Below are positions 39,006-45,682 of a DNA stretch of 64,000 nucleotides, piece after piece; positions within the stretch are counted from its first letter, which is position 1, and every line of letters starts with the position of its first letter. A program made the position numbers and the translations under genes. The notes below the pieces were generated by a model, which was not told the DNA's origin, searched no databases, and was given only the letters and a program-made list of their open reading frames with translations. Location: positions 62,001 through 126,000 of IMG/VR virus record IMGVR_UViG_3300042473_001265. One strand, given 5' to 3'.

Positions 39006-39095
39006 GGAAGCGTGGCAGAGTCCGGTTTATTGCAGCAGTCTTGAAAACTGCCGGCTCGAAAGGGTCCGTGAGTTCGAATCTCACCGCTTCCACCA
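39006..39095 (+). tRNA. tRNA-Ser(TGA)
   Basis: Cloverleaf with long variable arm, loop CTTGAAA, encoded CCA. Confidence 0.95.
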
Positions 39096-39104
39096 ATGCA
39101 ATTT

Positions 39105-39179
39105 GCGGCCATAGTATAACGGATAATACAGCGGTCTTCTACACCGTGAATGTGGGTTCGATTCCTGCTGGCCGCGCCA
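39105..39179 (+). tRNA. tRNA-Arg(TCT)
   Basis: Loop CTTCTAC, T-loop GGTTCGATTCC, CCA. Confidence 0.93.
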
Positions 39180-39184
39180 AACAT

Positions 39185-39270
39185 GCCCCCATAGACAAAT
39201 TGGTAAAGTCACTCTCCTCAAAAGGGAGTATTTTAAAAAAATCTGAGTTCGAATCTCAGTGGGGGCACCA
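39185..39270 (+). tRNA. tRNA-Leu(CAA)
   Basis: Loop CTCAAAA, AT-rich variable arm, CCA. Confidence 0.9.
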
Positions 39271-39311
39271 ATGGTTGACAAAGATCAACAAACAAGTTAT
39301 AATAGAACAAT

Positions 39312-39398
39312 GCTCTGATGGTGAAATAGGTAGACACAAGAGACTTAAAATCTCTCGCTCGCAAGGGTGTGCCGGTTCGATTCCGGCTCGGAGCACCA
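39312..39398 (+). tRNA. tRNA-Leu(TAA)
   Basis: Loop CTTAAAA, long variable arm, CCA. Confidence 0.95.
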
Positions 39399-39441
39399 TT
39401 TAAATAAGTCAGTTAATCAAGTTAAATTAAAGAAAGCAATC

Positions 39442-39615
39442 ATGACCCCAACAAAAACTTTTAAGTTCAGCAAGCGCAACAAAACATTGATGACCTTGCT
39501 GCCATTCAAAGATCAAACCATACGCAATGCGTTCAAGCGCATGATGGTTGATGCACAGCTATGCAGCGGTGTTGTTGTCAAAAGCAGCAAGGATCGTGGC
39601 ACAGATAGCAAGTAA
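39442..39615 (+). CDS. small basic hypothetical protein within the tRNA block
   Basis: 57-aa ORF MTPTKTFKFSKRNK... between two Leu tRNAs. Confidence 0.55.
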   Translation: MTPTKTFKFSKRNKTLMTLLPFKDQTIRNAFKRMMVDAQLCSGVVVKSSKDRGTDSK

Positions 39616-39623
39616 AGATATAT

Positions 39624-39700
39624 GCCCTGGTGGTGAAATTGGTAGACACAGCGGTCTTAGAAGCCGTAAGCTGAGAGTTCGAGTCTCTCCTAGGGCACCA
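39624..39700 (+). tRNA. tRNA-Leu(TAG)
   Basis: Loop CTTAGAA, short variable arm, CCA. Confidence 0.9.
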
Positions 39701-39722
39701 AGTATATAAAAGCAATCACACT

Positions 39723-40196
39723 ATGCCAAAATGTTATCAACTGATCGGAGTGCCTGCATCGGGCAAAACCACTTGGTACCGTAACCAAGAGTGGTTGGGT
39801 GAAGATAAAAAAGATCACAAGTATGTGTCCACAGATCAGCATGTGGAAGGATATGCCAATGATCAAGGCAAAACCTACAGTGAAGTGTTTGAGGAATACA
39901 TGCCCACTGCTGTCAAACAGATGCTGATAAATGTTAACATGGCTGCGGCATATCAGTTAGATATTGTTTGGGATCAGACCAGCACCACAGTTAAAAGCCG
40001 TCGAAAGAAGTTTGTTGAGTTGCCCAACTATGAGCACATTGCTGTGGTATTTCGGACACCCGATGCACCGGAACATGCTCGCAGATTAAACAGTCGTCCG
40101 GGCAAGCACATTCCTGATGAAATAGTACAAGATATGATCATCAAATTTGAAATGCCTACCGAAGAAGAAGGGTTTGTTGAAATCTGGCATGTGTAA
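39723..40196 (+). CDS. P-loop kinase (AAA_33 / polynucleotide-kinase-like)
   Basis: LIGVPASGKTT and IVWDQTS..R motifs. Confidence 0.85.
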   Translation: MPKCYQLIGVPASGKTTWYRNQEWLGEDKKDHKYVSTDQHVEGYANDQGKTYSEVFEEYMPTAVKQMLINVNMAAAYQLDIVWDQTSTTVKSRRKKFVELPNYEHIAVVFRTPDAPEHARRLNSRPGKHIPDEIVQDMIIKFEMPTEEEGFVEIWHV

Positions 40197-40203
40197 TACT
40201 GGG

Positions 40204-40689
40204 TTAGGCTCTGGATAGCATTACCAGGCTGAGAAAAAATGCCGGAATTGCAATGGCCACAAAACAAGAAAACACAAGAAATGTTTGTAATATGTCTTCT
40301 TGTGCTTTGCGATTGGCTGCTGCCATTTTTCTTTCAACTTCTGCTCGTTCTTTGTACATACGCACTCGCTCGGACTGCATTTGATCCCAGACATCTTTGT
40401 TGCCGGACCAGATCAGCATTTCTTTAAGTTCTTTTTCAGCGTCCCGCAGTGCTTTGCTGTGCATGGCAGTTTGCAAAGATCTTGAAGCAATTTCTCCATT
40501 GCTCAGCAAAGAAGTAGAATTCATCAGCTTGACATTGGCCACATAAACTTTGTCGCAATTTTGAAAAAATGAACTAAACTGTCCGTATAAGCTGTTGATG
40601 TCTTTGCCCATGGCAATGGCTTTTTTAATGCCGCCAATTGCTTGCTGTGCCGCAGTGAATGCCAGGCCAATTGTCACAGGGTCAATCAT
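40204..40689 (-). CDS. hypothetical protein with hydrophobic termini
   Basis: 161-aa ORF MIDPVTIGLAF..., coupled to 40686-40880. Confidence 0.6.
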   Translation of the reverse strand: MIDPVTIGLAFTAAQQAIGGIKKAIAMGKDINSLYGQFSSFFQNCDKVYVANVKLMNSTSLLSNGEIASRSLQTAMHSKALRDAEKELKEMLIWSGNKDVWDQMQSERVRMYKERAEVERKMAAANRKAQEDILQTFLVFSCFVAIAIPAFFLSLVMLSRA

Positions 40690-40880
40690 GATCGTAGAAT
40701 ATAAGGTTTAAATTGCTTTTCCCAGCGTCGACACCAAACTTCTCTATTGGGAGCTTGGCCCGACCAACTCCACAGTGTACACACCCATTGTTCATTCTTG
40801 TCTAATTTTTCCGTTGGTGGTGCCACAGCATTTAATGCTGTAGAGCCTGCCAACAACACAAACAACAAAGAATATTTCAT
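40686..40880 (-). CDS. small secreted hypothetical protein
   Basis: Signal-peptide-like N-terminus and a WVCTLWSW..WCRRW motif. Confidence 0.55.
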   Translation of the reverse strand: MKYSLLFVLLAGSTALNAVAPPTEKLDKNEQWVCTLWSWSGQAPNREVWCRRWEKQFKPYILRS

Positions 40881-40926
40881 TTACTATATTTAACTATAGT
40901 ACGATATAATTACAACAGCCGTTTGA

Positions 40927-40955
40927 TTGACTGCAAAGCCACAATCTGCTATAAT
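40927..40955 (+). promoter_or_regulatory. sigma70-type promoter
   Basis: TTGACT-N17-TATAAT before the phosphoesterase gene. Confidence 0.7.
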
Positions 40956-40986
40956 ATAGGTTACAACGCAAGAAAAGGAGGGCAAG

Positions 40987-41589
40987 ATGCCTAGTGTATT
41001 TTTAGTCAGCGACACGCACTTTGGACACATGGGTGTATGCCGCTTTACCCGCAACGATGGTGTCACCAAATTACGCCCGTGGGATAGTGCTGAGGAAATG
41101 GACGAAGCCATGGTCACGGCCTGGAACAAACGAGTTAAACCCACGGACAAGGTATATCACTTGGGTGATGTGGTTATAAACCGCAAAGCATTAAAGACTC
41201 TGGCCAGATTGAACGGCGACAAGGTGTTAATCCGTGGCAACCATGATATCTTCCGTGATGAAGAGTATCGTGAATACTTTCGTGAATTACGGGCGTACCA
41301 TGTGATGAACGGCATGATCCTTAGCCACATTCCTGTACACAGTGACAGCTTGGGGCGTTTTGGCGTCAACATACACGGACATACTCACGCAAATCGTGTA
41401 CGCAAAGCCCGTGGAGTTGATGCTAGAACTGGTGAAATCTTGTACAGCGACGAGATTGATCCACGCTATCATTGTGTATGCGTGGAACAGACTGACTTTG
41501 CACCGATACTGTTTGAAGATGTGATCAAACGCATCGAAGCAGAAGGTGGGTCAGTGGGTTTTCGTAACGGCAATGGTCCTACAATGTAG
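40987..41589 (+). CDS. calcineurin-like metallophosphoesterase
   Basis: SDTHFGH, HLGDVV, IRGNHD, LSHIP and HGHTH motifs. Confidence 0.92.
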   Translation: MPSVFLVSDTHFGHMGVCRFTRNDGVTKLRPWDSAEEMDEAMVTAWNKRVKPTDKVYHLGDVVINRKALKTLARLNGDKVLIRGNHDIFRDEEYREYFRELRAYHVMNGMILSHIPVHSDSLGRFGVNIHGHTHANRVRKARGVDARTGEILYSDEIDPRYHCVCVEQTDFAPILFEDVIKRIEAEGGSVGFRNGNGPTM

Positions 41590-41604
41590 GCCTGGAATTT
41601 TAAA

Positions 41605-41682
41605 GTAGCGGTGGCAGAGAGGCCCAATGCAAGGGATTGCAAATCCCTAAAACCGTGAGTTCGAATCTCACCCGCTACTCCA
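41605..41682 (+). tRNA. tRNA-Cys(GCA)
   Basis: Loop TTGCAAA, U73, CCA. Confidence 0.93.
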
Positions 41683-41803
41683 GTTAATTCACAGTTGAAT
41701 TTTAAAGAGTAAATAGAGTAGTCAGAGTGCAGGCTCTTTTTAAATCCTGCCTTTGTGTGGTACCGAGCAATGCTCCTGCTTGTATAAGCATCGGTACACT
41801 ATT

Positions 41804-41877
41804 GCGGGATTCGTAAAATGGTATTACCTTAGATTTCCAATCTAAAGTCGGGGGTTCGATTCCCCCATCCCGCTCCA
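41804..41877 (+). tRNA. tRNA-Gly(TCC)
   Basis: Loop TTTCCAA, U73, CCA. Confidence 0.93.
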
Positions 41878-41906
41878 GTTTTTATGTTGATCGATTTGAG
41901 AAAATT

Positions 41907-42407
41907 ATGCAAACCATTAATCTTGTAAAAGTAAAACAATTCATAGAAGCACAAGGCCCAATGACTCGCATCTATTTGGGTTGCGACAGCGAACGAATCC
42001 GAATCAACAACGAATGGTGGGCCGATTACACACTGGCCATTGTGGTGCATATCAACGGCAACAGCGGATGCAAGATATTTGGCGAAGTGTGCCGCGAGCG
42101 TGACTATGATCAAAAAACTGCACGGCCCAGCATGCGACTGATGAACGAAGTGTACAAAGTTTCTGACATGTATCATCGGCTGGGCGAAGTGCTGAACGGC
42201 CGAGAAGTGGAAGTACACTTGGACATCAATCCAGACGAACGCCACGGATCCAGCTGTGTGATTGCACAGGCCATTGGCTATATAAAAGGAACCTGCAACA
42301 TAACACCATTGGTCAAACCCGAAGCGTTTGCTGCCAGTTATGCTGCGGATCGCTTCAAAGGATTGGCCACTGCACGACATCGTGTTCGAGTCAATGAACG
42401 AGTTTAG
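41907..42407 (+). CDS. RNase H-like YkuK/DUF458 family protein
   Basis: IYLGCDS, RLMNEVYK, EVHLDIN and AASYAAD pattern. Confidence 0.75.
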   Translation: MQTINLVKVKQFIEAQGPMTRIYLGCDSERIRINNEWWADYTLAIVVHINGNSGCKIFGEVCRERDYDQKTARPSMRLMNEVYKVSDMYHRLGEVLNGREVEVHLDINPDERHGSSCVIAQAIGYIKGTCNITPLVKPEAFAASYAADRFKGLATARHRVRVNERV

Positions 42408-42494
42408 GAAGTGTGGCTGAGTGGCCTAAGGCAGCTGATTACTAATCAGTCATATCGCAAGGTATCGTGGGTTCGAATCCTACCACTTCCGCCA
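42407..42494 (+). tRNA. tRNA-Ser with the rare anticodon ACT
   Basis: Ser-type long variable arm and G73; stem GCTGA/TCAGT with loop TTACTAA; CCA. Confidence 0.85.
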
Positions 42495-42500
42495 ATGTTA

Positions 42501-42526
42501 AAAAGGCTACTTTGATAGCCTTTTTT
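42501..42526 (+). terminator. intrinsic terminator after tRNA-Ser(ACT)
   Basis: AAAAGGCTA-ctttga-TAGCCTTTTTT. Confidence 0.7.
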
Positions 42527-42561
42527 CTTGACTTTTAAACAAAAGGCATATATAATACACT

Positions 42562-42660
42562 ATGATTACGCAAATCACATTCACTGCTAACAACACGCCG
42601 GCCATCTATGAGATAGCCTATGAGCGTGATTGTCCCAGGGGTCTTTGCCATTGTAGTTAA
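42562..42660 (+). CDS. leader peptide 2 (32 aa) of a putative tRNA-operon attenuator
   Basis: MITQITFTANNTPAIYEIAYERDCPRGLCHCS; TATAAT at 42549 suggests a near-leaderless start. Confidence 0.7.
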   Translation: MITQITFTANNTPAIYEIAYERDCPRGLCHCS

Positions 42661-42682
42661 CAAAAGTACTACATTCACAAAG

Positions 42683-42707
42683 ACCCGCTAACTAGGCGGG
42701 TTTTTTT
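42683..42707 (+). terminator. attenuator terminator 2
   Basis: ACCCGC-taactag-GCGGGT plus T6; GGGTCTTTG (42639) pairs perfectly with CAAAGACCC (42678), which overlaps the stem. Confidence 0.8.
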
Positions 42708-42717
42708 ATGGCGCTGG

Positions 42718-42746
42718 TAGACACAAAATCGCATCAGTGCTATAAT
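42718..42746 (+). promoter_or_regulatory. sigma70-type promoter of tRNA block 2
   Basis: TAGACA-N17-TATAAT. Confidence 0.65.
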
Positions 42747-42760
42747 ACACACATAACAGC

Positions 42761-42801
42761 AGCAAACGATCGAGTAGCTGAAGAGAATTCTTTAAAAATT
42801 T
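42761..42801 (+). promoter_or_regulatory. boxB-like hairpin plus boxA-like element
   Basis: AGC-AAACGATCGAGTA-GCT, then TTCTTTAAAAATTT resembling rrn boxA (TGCTCTTTAACAATTT). Confidence 0.55.
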
Positions 42802-42830
42802 ACTAATATTTTTTCTTGCTACGGCAAGAA

Positions 42831-42964
42831 ATTATATTGAAACACATTTTCAATCTGAATTGACAGATACAAACAACCAAGGGGAGCCGCTGGACTTGAG
42901 CCAGGTTCATCCTGAATTGACAGGAACAAGGTTGTAAGGGGAGCCGAGTGCGTTTCAATATAAT
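42831..42964 (+). ncRNA. inverted-repeat-bounded RNA cassette with an internal direct repeat
   Basis: ATTATATTGAAACAC...GCGTTTCAATATAAT arms; two CTGAATTGACAG...AAGGGGAGCCG units inside. Confidence 0.55.
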
Positions 42965-42970
42965 AAATTT

Positions 42971-43045
42971 GGAGCATTCGTCTATCGGTTAGGACAGTGG
43001 GTTTTCAGTCCACTAAGAGCGGTTCGACTCCGCTATGCTCTACCA
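42971..43045 (+). tRNA. tRNA-Glu(TTC)
   Basis: Loop TTTTCAG, CCA. Confidence 0.92.
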
Positions 43046-43052
43046 TGTTTTT

Positions 43053-43139
43053 GGATGTGTAGGAAAATTGGTAACCCCAGGAGACTGTAAATCTTCCGTC
43101 GTAATGGCATTGTTGGTTCAAGTCCAACCTCATCCACCA
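43053..43139 (+). tRNA. tRNA-Tyr(GTA)
   Basis: Loop CTGTAAA, variable arm, CCA. Confidence 0.93.
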
Positions 43140-43142
43140 AAT

Positions 43143-43370
43143 ATTTCTCGTCAGAGCCCTAATGCAAATCCTGTGGGCGATGAATTAACAAGGCTGCATA
43201 GATGCTTGCAGTATATTGTCGGTGAAGTTCCGACCGGGAAACGAAATCAAGTGGAAAGCAAGAGCCACAAAGTAAACACCGCCGGGTCAGAAAATGTGTC
43301 CGGGACGTATGGGTCGCGCAGCCTATACAAACAACGGTGGGGTAAGAGTCCTCATAACATTTTCACAAAT
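43143..43370 (+). ncRNA. unidentified multi-hairpin RNA candidate
   Basis: Hairpins GCCC/GGGC, CTGCA/TGCAG, GTCGG/CCGAC, GTGG/CCAC and CACCG/CGGTG between two tRNAs. Confidence 0.4.
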
Positions 43371-43373
43371 TTA

Positions 43374-43448
43374 GGTGCGTTCATATAACGGTCATTATCC
43401 TGGATTGTCTATCCAGAGACGGGAGTTCGACTCTCCCACGCATCGCCA
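43374..43448 (+). tRNA. tRNA-Asp(GTC)
   Basis: Loop TTGTCTA, G73, CCA. Confidence 0.92.
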
Positions 43449-43456
43449 AGTTAACA

Positions 43457-43533
43457 GGCCCTTAGCTCATGTTGGTTAGAGCAGCAGACTCATAATCTGT
43501 TGGTGCTGTGTTCGACTCACAGAGGGCCTACCA
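43457..43533 (+). tRNA. tRNA(CAT), probably Ile2 (lysidine type)
   Basis: Loop CTCATAA; GGCCCTT acceptor resembles E. coli ileX. Confidence 0.8.
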
Positions 43534-43539
43534 AGTTTT

Positions 43540-43712
43540 GGTTAGTTGGAAATGAAAGTAACCCAAAGGGAGCGCTCTGAACAGGCGCTGCTTAGTACGC
43601 CTTACAAAAGTAATTGTCCTGACTGTTCGACCCAAGAGGTGTTTACCCGTAGATTAAGTTCCTACGCTCTCGCTCAAGGGATGTCGCTGTGTCGCAACAG
43701 CACTAACCACCA
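43540..43712 (+). ncRNA. 173-nt RNA with a tRNA-like acceptor stem, T-like arm and ACCA end
   Basis: GGTTAGT/ACTAACC 7-bp stem plus A-CCA; GCTGT-gtcgca-ACAGC hairpin directly before the 3' strand. Confidence 0.5.
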
Positions 43713-43777
43713 AGTTTAAGAGTTCGTCTAGAAACCGGTAAATTGTAGTTTGGTCTACAAGCTCTTAATTAGTTTAT

Positions 43778-43870
43778 GGTGTCATAGGATGTAACGGGGT
43801 GCGGTTTGCCTCAACCTTGAATGATCATCAAGGTTTTCTTGCGTGGGTTCGAATCCCACATGATGCCCCA
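43778..43870 (+). tRNA. atypical tRNA-like RNA with a non-canonical core
   Basis: GGTGTCA/TGATGCC acceptor, canonical T arm GTGGG-TTCGAAT-CCCAC and CCA; central 8-bp AACCTTGA/TCAAGGTT hairpin. Confidence 0.55.
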
Positions 43871-43941
43871 AATTTGCAGTTTTTGTCTGGAGTAATATTC
43901 CTGGACACGGATAAAAACAGAAATGTTCTGCGCCAAGTTAT

Positions 43942-44011
43942 GCCCTGGACTGTGTTGCGAGTCAGATTTGAAGCTGAACGTAGACAGGTTTAATTCCTGT
44001 TAGGGGCGCCA
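43942..44011 (+). tRNA. degenerate tRNA with a reduced D arm, identity unclear
   Basis: T arm ACAGG-TTTAATT-CCTGT, GCCA end, imperfect acceptor and anticodon arms. Confidence 0.4.
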
Positions 44012-44014
44012 AGT

Positions 44015-44238
44015 TTTGTTAGAGTGTTAGCAAGAGAAAGTCACGCTGTCTAGGTTTCTTCGAAGGACCAAAACAGTAGAAGGTTGCGGGTTCGATGCCC
44101 GGCTGATCGCTTGAGTGGGATCGGCATACATGACGGCGTATCAACTGGACCGGTATCCCAAGTAACTTACCGACTCCCGCTCGAGCTTGTTAATTCGGGT
44201 GAATGGCAGCAATAACGTGGTGCTGCTACTCTAACAAA
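44015..44238 (+). ncRNA. 224-nt structured RNA candidate closed by an 11-bp stem
   Basis: TTTGTTAGAGT/ACTCTAACAAA; internal hairpins and a T-loop-like GGGTTCGATGCCC. Confidence 0.45.
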
Positions 44239-44246
44239 TTCAATAT

Positions 44247-44336
44247 GCCAGCGAGACTTGGAGTCCGAGGGGTCTTATATGCCCTTTCCGCCAGATTAGC
44301 GGCTTTGAGAGAGTTCGATTCTCTCCGCTGGTACCA
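44247..44336 (+). tRNA. tRNA with anticodon TAT (nominal Ile), long variable arm and minimal D loop
   Basis: GCCAGCG/CGCTGGT-A-CCA; loop CTTATAT; CCGC/GCGG variable arm; D arm GACT-tgg-AGTC. Confidence 0.75.
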
Positions 44337-44378
44337 GATCGTGTTGGATAAACTTTTTATCAGTTTATCCAAAACAAT

Positions 44379-44407
44379 TTGACAAGCAAAGATGTTTGTC
44401 ATACAAT
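44379..44407 (+). promoter_or_regulatory. sigma70-type promoter with a palindromic spacer
   Basis: TTGACA-N17-TACAAT; TGACAAGCA/TGTTTGTCA inverted repeat. Confidence 0.7.
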
Positions 44408-44420
44408 AGATACTTACTTG

Positions 44421-44526
44421 ATATTGTTGAGCACATTAGCCTGACTGAAACGGGCATCGAGTACGTGGGGCGTGAAAGAAGGTTCGATTCCTTCATACTC
44501 AATTTCAGTGGTGTGTTCAACAATAT
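44421..44526 (+). ncRNA. inverted-repeat-bounded RNA cassette with a T-arm-like hairpin
   Basis: ATATTGTTGAGCACATT...GGTGTGTTCAACAATAT; internal GAAGG-TTCGATT-CCTTC. Confidence 0.55.
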
Positions 44527-44547
44527 AAAGTTTGGTAAAATTAGGTG

Positions 44548-44576
44548 TTGACAAGTTCAACAGTTGATGTTACAAT
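44548..44576 (+). promoter_or_regulatory. sigma70-type promoter of the large ncRNA
   Basis: TTGACA-N17-TACAAT. Confidence 0.75.
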
Positions 44577-44582
44577 AAGATT

Positions 44583-45476
44583 CCGGGGCAGTTTAATGTC
44601 CTACTAGGCAGCTTGCTGTCTAGTGAAGAATAACTGTGGTGACACAGCCAAAGGAGGTATGCCTACATAACTCCGCCAGCAACGGTTCGTTTAGACAAGC
44701 CTGCTCAGACTCGCGAGAGTCCCTTCACTGATAAGACCGGTGGAGGTAACAATGACGCTGGATGTTGTGGAAAGAACGTCGGCTTACCGGCCCGCAAGGG
44801 TAACCGGAGCAGATGGAAAGTAACAGGTGGTGCTGACTTCACAACAAAACCAGTCCAGTTAATTGGCATGAGAAAGGGTAGTGTATCGGTCCGAGGGGTT
44901 GCACCCAAGGGCTTGTATGCAGTTTGAGTGGTCAGTGGAGGCTGTCGAAAGGCGGGGTCAACACAGATCGCAAAAGACGTCTGAGTAGTTCGCAAGACAA
45001 AAGGAACGTGGTGTGTTGTATTGTGTAGAGCAAAACTTTATGCAGCAACTGAGTCAGCACATCGCAGTAGGTTCGTTATAGCTCAATTGGTAGAGCAACT
45101 CCCTGTTAAGGAGTAGGCAGACGGTTCAAATCCATCTAACTATTAAAAAGCAAAGACTGACTCGGTCGTATGTGAAAAGCATCTAATACTTGGCTCGCAA
45201 GAGAATCAAGTCAGACGTAACTCGCAAGGTGAAATCTGTTTATGCAGGAAGTTTCGTAACTGTTTAGCGACAGTGAATGGCTCTAAAGGTCAACGGGATA
45301 GAAAGCGTAGAATAGCATATGGCGACAAGACTACTGCCTGTCTTTAAAAACGGCGATGCTGGCAACAGACCAGGAAACCTGCAAGGGTCTTGGTGGAAGT
45401 CGGAAGAAAGCGGTCTCGCAAGGATCGTAATAATGTCCGAGGTGTTGTTGGGTAAGCATGTATTCTCAGTGCTCCA
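44583..45476 (+). ncRNA. large (about 0.9 kb) structured RNA, GOLLD-like
   Basis: No credible ORF; own promoter; many GCAA/GAAA tetraloop hairpins; tRNA-array location. The GAGTAG..GCAAG..AAAGGAACGTGGTGTGTTGTATT segment resembles GOLLD as I recall it. Confidence 0.6.
45072..45144 (+). pseudogene. degenerate tRNA-Asn(GTT) embedded in the large ncRNA
   Basis: D arm TAGCTCAATTGGTAGAGC, ACTCC-CTGTTAA-GGAGT and T-loop GGTTCAAATCC; broken acceptor stem, no CCA. Confidence 0.65.
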
Positions 45477-45477
45477 C

Positions 45478-45538
45478 TATTCTAAAACACATTAAGCTGA
45501 TGCGGGCTGCAATGCCGCAGATAGTGTGTTTCAGAATA
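45478..45538 (+). ncRNA. inverted-repeat-bounded RNA cassette
   Basis: TATTCTAAAACACATTA...TAGTGTGTTTCAGAATA. Confidence 0.55.
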
Positions 45539-45552
45539 GATAAATAAACTAC

Positions 45553-45628
45553 CGCGGGAAGGGTCCGGTCACCGGCAGGGTCTCATAAGCCTTCGCAATC
45601 CTTGGTTCAAATCCAAGTCCCGCTACCA
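45553..45628 (+). tRNA. tRNA(CAT), probably initiator fMet
   Basis: CGCGGGA/TCCCGCT with an unpaired first position; loop CTCATAA; CCA. Confidence 0.75.
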
Positions 45629-45646
45629 ATAACAAATCATCGGTGG

Positions 45647-45675
45647 TTGACACAGAATGATAAATAACATACAAT
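45647..45675 (+). promoter_or_regulatory. sigma70-type promoter (with embedded ATAAATA) for leader 3
   Basis: TTGACA-N17-TACAAT. Confidence 0.75.
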
Positions 45676-45682
45676 AGGATTT

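Noticed and set aside
43143-43370. RNase P RNA call
   Set aside because: Only one short segment resembles it; the universally conserved P4 elements (GAGGAAAGUCC and its 3' partner) were not found.
43778-43870. Selenocysteine or opal-suppressor tRNA (TCA within GCCTCAAC)
   Set aside because: TCA is not centred in a 7-nt loop of a proper stem, and the 8/5 Sec architecture is absent.
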